A DNA stretch of 64,000 nucleotides from Aplysia californica (Eukaryota): assembly GCF_000002075.1 (NCBI RefSeq), contig NW_004797734.1:114031-178030 (forward strand), in the 5' to 3' direction. Below, piece by piece: positions 48,020 to 62,500 of the stretch. Position 1 is the stretch's first letter; every line of letters starts with the position of its first letter. A program made the position numbers and the translations under genes. The notes below the pieces were generated by a model, which was given only the letters and a program-made list of their open reading frames with translations, was not told the origin of the DNA and did no database searches.

Positions 48020-51000
48020 ATGGGGTTATCAGAGGAAGGAGAAGAAAATGTGTTTCATAGATTCGAGGAGGTATGCCTCGACTTGAATATGGATGCTTCA
48101 ACTAAAGATGAAGCATGGCAGAATTACCAGAAGATGCTAGCCAACTTCTCTCTTGAGGTGAGTTTTGATGAAAAGTTGAATAGACGGCCATGTTGCCTGT
48201 TGCCTCTGCTATTAGTATTACTGTGTGTACTAAAGTGTACTACTTACATGATCTCAGTTCGGTAAATTCATAGAAACAGTCCTGTCCCATAGAAAGAGTA
48301 GATCTATCATTTTGTAGCTTTTTCGTCGATTTTTTAGAGCCAGGAACACGATTTTAGCATTGAAAAACTTTGCAAATGGTTAGATTAGTTTAGATCAGAT
48401 GTTACATTAATGTAAGTTACAGCACCTCATTTGACATTTCACCCCCCTACCCCCACTGGCCCACTACACTAGAATTAGAATTATATAGGCCTACTCGTTG
48501 GTCATGGGGCTGAGGGGGAGACCCCCCTACTACCCCCCCCCTACTACACAGCTATAATAGTATTAGGTACTCGCTTTTTATCAGGGGAAGACCCAGGGGT
48601 GATCTTGTAGTTCCGTTCGTTAAAGTCCACGATCCATTTGTTTACATCCAGAGAAGAAATCCAGAAGTCTTGAAGACCAAATACTATTTGAATTAGGCTA
48701 CACAAAGAGCAGGGATGCAACCTAACTGCAAAACATCAAATTAGGATAAAATTAAGGGGGGCATGCNNNNNNNNNNNNNNNNNNNNNNNNNNNNNNNNNN
48801 NNNNNNNNNNNNNNNNNNNNNNNNNNNNNNNNNNNNNNNNNNNNNNNNNNNNNNNNNNNNNNNNNNCAAGCCAAGCCCCCCTGAAACCCCCCTACTCTTG
48901 ACTTTAACGTACAAAACTACAAAATCGCCGACCCCGGCACTCCTGTACAATTGCGGTCCCGTTAGTGGCGTTAGATCTAGATCTAATCTAGATTCTAGAT
49001 TCTAGAAATCTAGATATCTAGATTTTAATTTAGCACTAAAAGGAAGTGGCTATCCTCACCCACGCTGAGAATGAGAATAAAAACGATCGACCTCTCACCC
49101 CGGATATGAGACTTGCCAGCGTTGGCTATTCTCACCCGGTGTGAATGAAACAAGACCTATTTTTCCTAATTTTGGAATACGGTGAATACGGCACTACTTG
49201 GATATAGTGGTCCCAACTTTTGTATAGAGAGGCCTACTGAAATATCGATAGGCCTACTGATTTAAATAGTCGGTATCAATGTTTTATGTTTTATCAGTAG
49301 CCTAGATTAGATTTAAATCTAGCCCACAAAATGAGCACTAAAATTTCACTTGTTTTTCACAAGGCAAGGGGGGTTGCTCCCTTTACTTAAAAAAAAACAA
49401 AACAAGGGGTGGTTCACGGGGGCCTGAATTTGACCACAATTTGATGTTTTGCAGTGAGGTTTTAAAGGCTATCTTCTGACTCGCGAATCAAAAAGTAATC
49501 GTTTAAACTTAGAACCAGAAGTAATCGTCATTGGGGTCAAACCTAGACTAGATATTTCCCTGTCACAAAAGTCGGGACCACCATATCCAAGTAGTACCCG
49601 GAATACTATCGGTGCGGATGATCGAGAGATAAAAGCAAAAAAAAAAAAGACATTATAGCACAAAAGTAAGCTAATTTGATTGTCTACAAAGATACTATGG
49701 CTATTTCACTTTTCGAATCGAGCCGAACTACCCGGGTCGCCATTTTGCTTTGCCTGGAAGTTCTTGCAAGATCTACTCCTCCCCCCTCTCTCTCTCTGTC
49801 TGTTTCTGAATACTATCGGTGTGGACGATCAAATTGACCAAAACAGAGTTTAAGAAATGATGTTAAAACACTTGCAAGTAAATTAATTTGGTCGTCTGCA
49901 AAGATGCTAAGGCTATTTATCTTTTCGAATCGAGCCGAACTATGCGGGTCGCCATTTTGTTTTGCCTGGAAGTTCTCACGCTACTCCTCTCTCTCTCTCT
50001 CTCTTTTTCTCTCTCTCTCCACTGCCCACAGACAAAATTACACGCTTTTAGGCTAACAGTAGTAATGGAACGTTTGTTCACGGCACAGAATTTTACAATT
50101 CTGTGTCATCATCGTGTAGAATTCTGCGGTTCAGAGGGAACTCTACACTGGTTGGCGTAGGCTGTACTCTAACGGTGAATGCACACCATGTGAGAATAGC
50201 CAAAAGACTCGCCTCCGCTATTCTCACCCGGGGTGAGAATAGAGTGGCCTAGCAATAAATCACGTGTAAGCAAAGATTACTGGATATCGATACTGATTTA
50301 AATATGGAAGAGGCTAGCCGTACNNNNNNNNNNNNNNNNNNNNNNNNNNNNNNNNNNNNNNNNNNNNNNNNNNNNNNNNNNNNNNNNNNNNNNNNNNNNN
50401 NNNNNNNNNNNNNNNNNNNNNNNNNNNNNNNNNGAAAAAAAGGCCTACTGAATTGTAAATGAGCAATTGCCAAAACGTGAGACTCTTGAGACTCAGTGGT
50501 GCAACATTTTAAAAAAACCCAATTTGACTCCCTTTTCTGTCAGTCACATATTGACATTTAGAGCTCATATTCCTAGAGTATCAGAGCAAGGAGATGTAGA
50601 GTTTTGGAGATATGGGTCTATTGGTTTGGCAACCACTGTATTTCTTGTATGTAACAGTGATGACAAAAACAGATTAGCAGCAAGGCAAATTCTGGACTTT
50701 AAATTCCATTTGTTTAGTAAACAAAAACTTTGTACACTATGAACTCCATTCATAATGGTAATATAAATGACAAGTTTGTAACAATGACGCAGTGCTCAGA
50801 ACATGTCAACATTGTTATGTACGAGAAAGGACTCACATTGGACATTGTGATTGACAACACATCACAATAGAGAAAGGCTGTACAAATACAGTTATCAAAG
50901 CCTCAGTACCAGAAAAACACATGTGTAAAACAATTTTTAAACTAATATGAGGCAAAAGCACAAAGTCAATGGAGCTGACTTGTATACAGTGATGACAAAC

Positions 51001-53494
51001 ATGACTTGTACGTAACGATAATGGCACAATGTACAGGAAAAGACAAAGTCATGCCTCCAGAGAGAAATGCGCACTCTAAGAATAAAAAAAACCCCAGGAG
51101 AGGTTTCTTTTGCTTTGAAACAGATATCAGGTCTTATCAAAGACAGTGGACGATCACAATTATGTTGCTAATTATGACAAACAGTACTCGTACATAACGG
51201 TGATGACAAAACATACTGGGAAAAGGTAAAATCACGCCTACAAAGAACAAATTTGCACTATGAGATACTTAACACAGATCAATAAAGGCATATTTTGCTT
51301 CTAAATGAATCTTGCATGTATGAAATATATGTTGAAAACTTATTTTTTGATATTAGCAATGATGGCAAATATTACTTGTACATAACAATGATGACACAAT
51401 GACACAATGTATTGGAAAAAGGCATATCATGCCAACAAAGAACAAATGTGTACTTTTGAGCCAGACAGATAAACAAGGACATGTTTGTTTATTTGTTTGA
51501 GTAAAGAGCACACATGATTTAAAAAATGTTTGCTCTTAGGACAATGTAATTTCTAGTACGTCAGTCAGTCTTGTACGGCTGCATGACGACACCCCAAACG
51601 TCATCACTAAGCACAAAAGCTAAATCTATAAGCACTGAAATGACCCATCTCTCGAAGTTTGTTCACACATCACACTCTTGTTCCAGGAATCCAATGTAAA
51701 CCCCGCAATTTCACTAAAATATTCAATTGGGTAGCCTAAAAATACTCAAAACACTCCAGTAAGTCACATTCAACGTAAGATTCTTGTGCGTCACCGGACG
51801 CTAACGGCAATGACTACTTTCGTTTTTCTCTTTCCCCCGTTGCCTCCGCTGTTCTGGGGAAGCGGGTAAGGGGAAGTCACTCAAGAAAATAATTATATCC
51901 GGGCACTGTTGATGATCCGTTCAAAACAAAAGTAGGCTAAAATTCGGACTTCCGGTACGTCGCAAAGTGACGCCAATCACGGCGAATGTTAAACAGCTGC
52001 CGGAAATCGTAGATCTAGGAACCCGATGTTCCTTTCGCGCATCGGGGCTTTTGAAGTATTGAATAAACGACGAAAAGCAAAAAGATTAAACCAGCTACGG
52101 TGATTCTACTGAAAAATAATGGTGTTTTCTGAAACACCTGGTCCGTGACGACACGACTGACACACAAGTGATTCAAATTGTTCGTTTATTTACAAACAAA
52201 TAAACCGATTTCTTGAGCAAGTTAACCTTTCTCGATGACAAATAGCATAGGATCAAAGAACACTTTTTAAAAAAAGCACCCAAAAATACTAAATTTTGGA
52301 CATTCTTGGAAGTTTGCATTGGTGTGCTCAAAATGACAGTCCAGGAATCACTGAAATATGAACATTTTTGACAAAAAATTTACAAACTCAAGATTGTAAA
52401 GCTGACATGGGGTCTGAAACTGCTAATGCAGGTTCTACATCCTATATTTGACATGTGTATAAGTTTTGGAGGAATAAATACTAATGCATCACATTTTATG
52501 CACACTAATCTAATGTGAGATGTGTGTGTTTTTCCCTACGTTCTGGCAATGGCTCAAATACATTTTTAGTTTGCAGTACCTAAAGTATTTGTATTTGAGA
52601 CGAAACAAGGTGCCTTAATGATAGTGCATGTATTTTAAACCTCAATAATTACTAATGAGACCTGTTTTCTAATCTTTATAGGGCCTGAGATAAGTACGGC
52701 TAGACTTCTCGGCTAGCTGTACGTCTAGACGGCTAGGCTAGCCATACTTAAGGACGGCTAGACAGTCAGGCTAGCTGTCCGTACTTATTATTGATGGCTG
52801 AATTGTAAATGAAATTTTTAGTTTGGAATGCCTAAAGTATATTTGTATTTCAGACAAAACCAAAGGGTGCCTTACTGACTTGCATGTATTTTAAACCTGA
52901 ATAATTATTAGATCTAGATTTAATGAGACCTGTGTACTCAACAGGTTTGAGTAGATAGGGCAGTACGGCTAGCCACTTCGTTTAAATATTTGGTAGGCCT
53001 ATCAATGTTTTATCAGTAGATCTAGATCTAACAAGGCAAGGGGGGCTTCAGTGACCACAGAACAAAAACATGGGGGGGTTCGGGGGGCGCCCCCCTTAAT
53101 TTGACCATAATTTGATATTTTGCAATAGGCGTAAAGTTTGATAGGCTATCTCCCCACAGGCCTATCGCCACGCACATCAAAAAGTAATCGTTTAGAACCA
53201 GAAGTAATCGTTGGTGGAGTCAAAACGAGATCCCCCAAACGGGGCCGCAATTGTACACAGGAATGCTGAGACCCCCTGAAACCTCCCTAATGACTACAAA
53301 AGCATGTAAAAACACAAAAAATGGCAGGCTCTAGATCTATTTCTCTGAACGTTCGCGAAAATTACGTGAACTCTATTTCTCCGAACGGTTTCCGTTCTCA
53401 AGATATTTTGCTGTTTTGCGAATGGAGTGGCCCACGTGTGTGTGAGTGTGCGTGTATAAGTGTATGTGTGTGTTTGCGTGTGTATGTGCGTGCA

Positions 53495-53534
<40 letters not shown>

Positions 53535-56500
53535 AGGTGTAAACGGGGATGGGGGAGGGATTTTATTATTTTTTAAAAGTCTTTGCTTTTTAGGGGTGAC
53601 TAAATGCAAAATAAGGTTACTGCCAAAGTCGAGCAGGGCCCGTGTGCAAGTTGCGCACGTTAAAGATCCCTTGGTGGTCTAAAATCGATAAGAGTAGGCT
53701 TCGGCCGCCACCCGGGCAAAATTCAAAATTTCCTACCAACTGAAAATATTAGGTGTGTCCCGCGCGCTCATATGACCTATGCAGTTGCGAGCGCTGTAAA
53801 ACACTTTACAAAAACAAAAACAAACAAAGTCGAGCAGTCCTGTTGTCTTTCAGTACCTTTTGAAGGCAATTTTTCAAACGAAGTTTAGTCCGGGAATGTT
53901 GCCCCAACCACAATTGAAGTATCTGAATATTCAGACATCTAAAAATCTCTAGCTCTAGAAATTGAATTCGATGCTTAAATGCGTCTTCCCAGTCCTCGCA
54001 GAATGGCAGAATGAAAGATGGCGCCGAAGTCTCGCAAATAACCAAAAAATCTCAAGAAGGGAAACTGTTCTGAGAAATAGAGATCAGGTTTATTTTCCGG
54101 AGCGTTCGGAGAAATGGTCACTTCGAAAAAATAACCCAAAAGAAGTGACTAATCTAGAACTAGATTCTAGATTTATTTCTCAGACAAACGCTCAGTGAAA
54201 TAAACTTCCTCTCTATTTTTCCAAACGGTTTTCGTTCTCGATATTTTTTAGTTATTTATATGCAAAACTTTGGCGTCATCTTTCTTTCTGCCATTTGGCA
54301 AGGACTGGGAAGAAGCAATTTCTAGAGCTAGATTCTTGAGATTTTTAGATGTCTGAATTTTCAAATACTTCAATTGTGGTTGGGGGCAACATTCCCGGAC
54401 TATATACTTCATTCTGTTGGTAATACAATTTTCATGTGCATATCGGGCTAAAATCTGGCTAGGTATGACGATATCTGGTCTTCTTCCTTCAGCCTTCAAT
54501 TAAATAAATAATCTTTACCAGCTCATTTTCATTTTTTTTACTGATTCCTGTGCATTGTCCCTGCTCATGCTGAGCACTTTCTAGAGGTTTATTTAAAACA
54601 AAAATTATATACATGATATATATTATAATATGGTGTTTGTTGCAGTTTAAAAAAAGTAATTTTTAAAGTTTTTGTTGTTGTTGTAAAGAGTAAATAGTCA
54701 TTTGATATAAATTGTAATTTTGGACTTTAATTCTATGTTTTTTGTGGGTTTTTTTGTGCAAAGGGAGACCAAATGCACTGGCTGGCTTGTGCGCTGTATG
54801 AGGCATGTCGGCGTACAAGTGTACCTACTGTTGGAAGAGGAACAGTAGAAGGAAATTGTGTCTCACTGACCCGTCTCCTTCGATCCTCAAAATTCAGGTG
54901 ACTGACTTTGTACCTTTTCCCTTTCATTTTCAGGATTTTGCCAAGATTGGTTGATATTTTGCATAAAAATGTAAACTGTGTAAGTGTGTCCAGAATTGAA
55001 AGGCTTCCCAAAAACACAGAGCAGGTATAAAGTTTTGTAATGAAGACTTTTTCATTTGCCATTTGCACACTTGAAGACAGTCCGAAAGATATGTGAGGCA
55101 GCGTGGTAGAATCAGGCGCTCGTCAATTTTTGGGCATGTAGAGTTATTGGTATCATCTTAAAGCTTGTTCATTTGTCTTTATTCTGGTGAAAAAAATACA
55201 AGTCGAGATATTTGCAAATGAAGAGGTAAGATTAGTGAGAAAAGGGCCGCCAAAGATTAGTTATTTCCTTAGCTTAAGAGTCCGTGGTAACTGAAAATTT
55301 ACATTTTTTTTGTGTCTTTAATCAAAATTTTTCAGAAAAATTCACACAGAAATGAGTGTCTAATGGGCATGAAAGGTGTTGAGCGAAAAAACAAAAATTC
55401 GATAAAAATTCACAAACCTTCGGAAAATGCAAGTTTCTTCATTTTGATTATTTTGACGAGAGCCTGATTCCACCACGCTGCCTCACACATGTCAAATTTT
55501 TGGTAAAATTTCCGGATGAAGCTGCTCTTAAAGAGATCAGGAGAAAAGTTGTGTAAGTTAAGGGCAGACATGGTATAAATCAAATACACTTTTGATTGGT
55601 TTTACGTTGTTATCTGAAATTAAAGTGTAATAAAATATGGAATTTTGTTTTTGCCTATTAAATGAAGCTGCTAGAGAAAAGAAATATAAATAATTCTTTC
55701 TTAAAAGTTATTGTAATACTTGACTCCTGTTCCATAATTTCCTAATCACAGGGTCTGGATTGTCAGCAGGGAGCCTGGTTTTAATGTAAACAAAAGTTTA
55801 GACCCGATATGCCATCAAACATAACTATTTCATACTGTATTATTTATTCCTTGTTAAAAATATTGCCTTATTTGTTTCAAATTTCGTCTCTTCTAAGAAC
55901 ACTTTTGTTGCAGGGGTGAGCTGTGGTTGATTAAAATTATATTCATTGAAAAAGTTAACTGACTGTTTACCATTCACTGAGTCTTTTGATAATTTCTTTG
56001 CAGATAAAAGTTCCTTTGTCATACATCTTAGATAGCAGCTTATTTTGCATATTACAACACTTTTGTGGCCTCATACACGAGCTGTGACTGAAGTTTTACT
56101 GCAAATCCCTTAAAATTAAATATCGTTTTGATACTCCAGGTTTTGCTTCTTACTTTATGTATGTCATGGTGTTAAAAATTATACTGTTCCATGACACATC
56201 AGGAACATCAGTATGGCATTGTGAAAGGGTTATATATAGAGAGAATTACTGTTAATCATCTTGAAATTTAGCAGCTTGTTCACTGCCTCTTTTAGCTGAA
56301 AATGACATGTTGTAATCTATGGTGGTTTTTATTTCGAAAATTTTTTTTTCTTGTTACGAAAACAAAAAGTAGAAACACATAGTATAGATCTAAATCTCCT
56401 TGCTTTTATATGTCCCCTCTCCAGTTTCCTGACCTTAAAGGCTGGTCAGTATTATTAAAAGGTTGTGTGGATTCCTCATAAAAGTGCATTAAAAGGACTT

Positions 56501-59500
56501 TTCTTTAAGGACTATGCTTTCTCCTAGTTGATGCAACTTCCGCCATTTTTAGTTAAGTTTTGTTTTCTTTTTTTAATTTTCAGAGTTAATTTTGTTTCAG
56601 TCATTAAAACATGGGAATGTTTCTAGTTTGCTGCATTTTGCCTTCTTAATTATCAGGGCAATCTGCTTTTTACTACTAAATTGGTAGCATATGGGTTCAT
56701 GATAGGGGCCCAACCCCCTATAGGCGCCCAACACCCTATATATATATGGGTTCATGATAGGCGCCTGACCCCACCACCGTTCCAAATTCCACATTATCAA
56801 AATCATTTAGGTTCGTGTATGAGGCCATTGATTTCTGCCTTGTTGTCAGATGCTTTAATCAATACCTTAAACAGTAGTTCTGTCCACAGTCTCATTCAGT
56901 TTTTCAACAAGATGCGCAAGTGGTCTGACATGGCCAGTCTGCCCAAGTCATTCAGGGACAAGATTGACAAACTGGAAAGGAACTTTGCTGTGTCCACTGT
57001 AATTTTCAAGAAGTTTGAGCCCATCTTCTTAGATATTTTTGTGAATCCGTCACATGAATTACCAAGGCAGCACCGTGGGCGGAAACAAAGGTAAGGAAAA
57101 GAATGAAGGGCTTGAAATGAATTGCAGCAGTTCTCAAATACTTGTTCAATTCCAGGAAATTAAGATGATTAGATGACAAGGTCTCTTTATATCATATGTG
57201 CCACAACACAGTGGAAGCAGGCGCTCGTCAATTTAGGACATATTGAGTTACTGGTATAATCTTAAAGCCTGTTTATTTGTCTTGCTTTTTCGATGATGAA
57301 AAAAACCCAACAATCAGCTTCCATTTATCTTGAATAGAAGTCGAGATATTTGCAATTGAAGGGGTGGGGGTTGTCTGCTGTAAGATGAAAAAGGAGCAAG
57401 AAAATTGCTGCCAAAGTTAAGTAATTTTCGAGGCTGAAGTCACCTTGAGAACTGCAAATTAACATTGTTTGTGCCTTTCACGTTTTTCTTTAAAATCCAT
57501 TCAGAATATATTTTTTAATAGATGTAAAAGGTGTTTAGCCAAAAAATAAGAATTCTGATAAAATTTGCCCAATGGGTGGAAATATGGTGGTTTTGTTGGT
57601 TTGATTTTTTTGACTAGCGCCTGATTTCACCACAATTCCATACATATTGAAAGGGAAATCACTTCTCAACCATAATTTTGATGTGTATGTTCTTTGCATT
57701 TGTGCTGCATGTCCTTGTGCTTGTAACAACACTGTGCTGTAAAACTGAATGGAACTCTTTTTGCCAGTAGTGAAATTTACTAATTCTTTGGGAAAGTACT
57801 TTTATTTTGCTGTGAAATGTTATGGAAAGTACTATGAAAGTATTTATTTTTGTGAACCATTTTTTTGCCTACACTATATGCATTTTGTTCAGAAAAAGGG
57901 TTCTAAAAAGTTTCTATTTCTCTTCAGAAAGTTTTTATCTTCTCCACTTGTCCGTCTGTCCCTCTCCTCTATTTTGGTAGAACAGAAAACATAGAGGTGT
58001 ATTGCTGTGAGATGTCTCAACAAAGCGGGTTTGTTTTAATCCTCAGTTACTTTTCTTTTGGTATCAGGGATTTTTAGAGACTGACCCAGAGTTTCATTAC
58101 GTTTGTAGTGATCAGTAATTTAATAGTTGATTGTTTTTCTTGTTGTCCTGGTTTAGAAGTAAAATGCATACTTCTTATAAAAGTATCGATAAGTAGATAG
58201 TTGAAAGTCATATGTTTCAAGTAGGGAGGTAGTTCTACTCGGTGGCTGGTTCAACATTTATTTTCCTAGTTTTATATTCTAGCTGTCCTATTTTCACCAA
58301 GTGCAATGTGGTCATGATTTCCTGGCTATATATTTCTTTTTTTTTTTTCATGCAGGGTCTGGAGAAGCAATGTCCCTTTTCTGTTCTTTATATGCATTCA
58401 TAAATCCATTGAAACTTTGAACTTAATCCACCAACAGATCAGTTCACATGAAAAACAGAAAATGGACAAAAAATGGATTGCAGCTAGTTGAAGGGTACAA
58501 AAGTCTTTTTGCTTTCTTGTGTTTTGCTATTTTTGTATGTCGTGTTATAGTCCTTTTTACGAACTAGTAATGGTTTCAGTGTTGTCTTGACTAATTTCTT
58601 TGTTTTCATAAAGAATTTAGGAGCAATTTGAATAAGGAAACAGCAAATTATAGTTGTTTGCTTCTAATAGTAGAAGGGACAATTATATATATAATATATT
58701 ATGTAAGTATTTCAGTGTGTGGTGCATTCAAGTACAATAGTCACAAAAGTTTACAGAGTTGAAGTTTAGTTTCACAATTTATCTTGATAATTTCAGAGGA
58801 TAGAAACAATTTTTCAAATGAAAAACCTTTTTCTTTTAAATGGGGACAATATACTCACACTTGACAGTTTTGATGCCTTGAGCATATTTCTGTATGGCTT
58901 TTCTGTCCTGTTAATTTTGATGTTTGAGAGAGTAGAGACTTATATTGCTTTTTTTTTTTTAGTGCAAACATATCCAAAAACGTATGACCGAAAGATAGAT
59001 GATGGGGTTTAAGGCTGGAGGGAAAGCTAAGAAAAGAATATCATTGCTGTCCGACTGTATGATTGTTATGCAAAGTGAAAAGAAAACTTATTTGTTTTTC
59101 ATTGTTATAAAATATATACCACAATTGGTTTGAACATTTTTTTGGTCTTCTTTTAACTTATAGTATCACTAATTGTACCGGTCACATGGTTAGTCGGACA
59201 CCAATGATGTTTTCTGTGTTGTCCATTTTCTAAACGTGCACTAGATGCTTGTGTTGTGATCACTGACAAAATCTTACTTAGATTATTATTCATGATTCAT
59301 GAAGTCGGGGCAAACGACATGAAGAAAAAATAGTTATATCTCAAGTAGAGGTTATGTTGTAGATGCTAGTGCTTATTATGTTAATTTAAAAAAACAGAGA
59401 ATAGATATATGTGGCAATCAGTATAAGGGAGCAATTATGTAGAATTTTTATTTGCAGTTAATTAGAAATGTTGGAATCATTTTAATTTGATAAGAACAAA

Positions 59501-62500
59501 AAAGGATTCAATCACCTGTGGAAGAGTGTAAAAATGTATAAGAAAGTCTTGATTGAGAAAGTTTAGCTGAAAAAATTGTTACTGTATACTTGGTTCTGGT
59601 ATTTTGTGTGTGCGGTTTTTGTGAACTGGTCTGCTGAGTTGTGTTGGGTGCAGGTTGTCTATGGTCTTTCCTTTCAATTTAATTTCTTAAGTCTTGCTCC
59701 CCAATGAAGCAGAACTTTCCAATCTAAAGTGAAGCCTATCAGTCCAATCAAGTGTTACGAAAGTTGTGATGATAATAATGCTGCTTAAACAGCATTTAGG
59801 TACTGTCCTCTGTTGACAAAATTAAATACTGTTAAACATAATTACTGTACTAATTACTAATTGCTAATTGGCTGGTTTCAACATGCTCGGGGTGAACTGG
59901 GATAATTTTCCCTTAATTTTAAGTTGTTGTTTCTGAGCTTGTTGTCTTACCAATTAGTCTTTAACAGCTTTGAAGCACAAAGATGTGATTGTATTATTTA
60001 CTGATTTTTTAATCAATCTATTGTACAGAACAGATGCTCTATTTTTGTGTGATTATCACATGATGTTGTAAGTGCTCCGTAAACAAAGTAATGTGTTTGA
60101 CAGTGACAATGGCTTTCGTAATGCATTTTCTTGTAAAGAGCACTATGTCCAATCTTTTTGTGCTCATGTTTTTTTTTTTGACTGTTCTGTAGCTTTCTGC
60201 TAATTCCACTGAGGAAACTTTTTCTCTTCTTTTTAACAGGAGATACCCTTGTACTTCCAATGAGGTGTTTAACTTTGCATGGACCATGTTTGTTCAAGTG
60301 AAAGGTAAGCTGCCTTATTTTGTTGTTGATTTTATTTCCTGTTTGAGGCATTTATGCATCAAGGGTTCTCTTACTCGCAATTTATTATCTTATTGTTTAT
60401 TATTTAATCCTCTACTGAGCGGACTTGACCAGGAGCAGTAAACCGTGAGTTTTTGTCAGTTCTGTTCGGGAACTATTGTGTAAATTGAGGCTGTTCTTGT
60501 ATAAGACTTACGTATATATCATTATTCAATTATGATTCGTAGTACTTTACTTTGACTAAGATGAAGCCCCCAAATTTTTTGAAATTTTATTCGTCTTGAC
60601 AGTGAGCCTAAAATTCTGGATTTGTTTTATGCATCTCTAGGTAATTTTCCAGCCATCAGTGATGACTTGGTTAACTCGTACCACTTGCTGCTGTGTTGCA
60701 TTGATTGGATCTTCGCTAATGCTGTTCTGGGTGCAAGGAAGGATCTGCTTAATCCTGACTTTGAAGGTTTGAGAAATGTTTGTTCTGCATTATGTTTCAA
60801 AGCTGTAAAAAAAAATTATTCCAAGTAAATAACAGGGCAGTGCTAGTATGGGGATCTACTTTCCTCTCAAGGCATATTGGTCTTCGTAATATGACAAATC
60901 ACGATAGACTGCCAAATTCAGTAAACTACTCTTTGTTGTCTTTGAAAAGATGTTGATAGAAACCTGCCTATTTATAAATGCCAGATGCCACCCGAGGGTA
61001 AATGAAATTTCCAACAGGATAACAAAGATGTAGTAATTAGCAAAAGTTTTACGTTTGCCTTTGTGACTTGAATGTTGGTTGTAAATTGTAGCTCTTGTTT
61101 ATCGGTGCAGAACTATCATTGACCCCCAATTGCTGGAAGGACCCTGTCACATAGAGGCGAAAGTGCACTTAGGTATAAGTATGTACTGGCCTACACAACT
61201 TCCTGATGGCTTCTACTCCGCAGACGAGATTAGTTGAATAAGGGTACACTGCATTTTAAACAAGAAGAGAAAAATGGATTTGTGATTCGTTTCTGTATCC
61301 TTATGGGCTTGCGGTAGATTTTATTCATTTGTGTTTGACACGTTCTTATTTCTCTAGTCTATGCGTCTACAGTGTGAACCTAACTTCATTTAGTCACGTA
61401 ACTGATTGTGGCCCTTACTCGCCCAGGTTTGCCAGAGGATTTCCATGCCGCCACATGGCGACCAGGTGCGTCTGCCCCGTGCATCGTGCAGTTTTTGTGT
61501 GAGCGTCATGACGGGCTTGTTGTTGAAGCCAAGACCATCAAAGAACATTGGTGGAAGCCGCATGTGCGCAGGCTTTTTGAGAAGAAGGTTGGTGGAGTGT
61601 TAATGCACCAAAAGAATGTGGGGTATGAAAGTGTGTTTTTTAAGGTAGTATATACTAGCATTTTAGGAAGTTGAAATGAATACATTTATTACTTCCAAAT
61701 TTTTTAAAAAGGCAATAGAAAAGAAAAAAATAAAACTTCTAAGTACTAATACAATAGTTGACAAATAGAAAAATTTATGGGCATCTTCCTATAAGGAGTG
61801 CTTAACCTATGGGGAAGTAAAAAATGGAATTGGGTGGTTGGCGGGTGCTTTGGTGTGGTTTGCTCCTTTTTTCCTATTGGACGTCTGTCACCCTGACCTC
61901 TCCTTCTTATTTATGTTTGTTACTCTCTTGTAACACCTCTAATCTTCGGCACTTATATGACCGTATTGTGTTGCAAGTGCCGTAAGACTCTTACTAAAAC
62001 TTTAAAAAAATGAAGTCAGGTAAATCATTTGAGCCCTTTGAAGACTTACAAAGTAAATGTATGTGTTTTATGCCGTTTCAACCATGTCCATGTGACGGAG
62101 CCAAGAGGATTGAAAGCTTTGAAAACTTCACAAATCGACCCGTATTCAAGGTGTGCCCTTGAAGACCTGATTGCTGTGAAGTACTGCAAATAAAATTGGC
62201 ATGGGCGCATCTCTTGATCCAGAAGGGCACAGCGCAGGAAGGGAGAAAGGGAGGCAGGTGAAGAATGAGATTGGAGGACTACTTTCTAGAATGTTCGGCC
62301 CTAAACCTGAGAGATGTTCGAAGAGAGTTCGAAGGAAGGGAAATAGAGCTGGTTGCTAACACATCTGTGGTGTCCTCATGGTCAGTGATTGACTTTGGTA
62401 TACATGAAGTGGAAAGGTTGAAAGAAAGTTTCCTCTACTCATTGTATTGTATGTTGAATAAGGGTTGCTGTGAGGTGATATTTTAAAAGAAAAGAGATTA

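Noticed and set aside
60767-61426. Possible U12-type intron in RBL (unusual donor GTTTGA, weak pyrimidine tract)
   Set aside because: Lacks the RTATCCTT donor; it is a weak U2-type intron.
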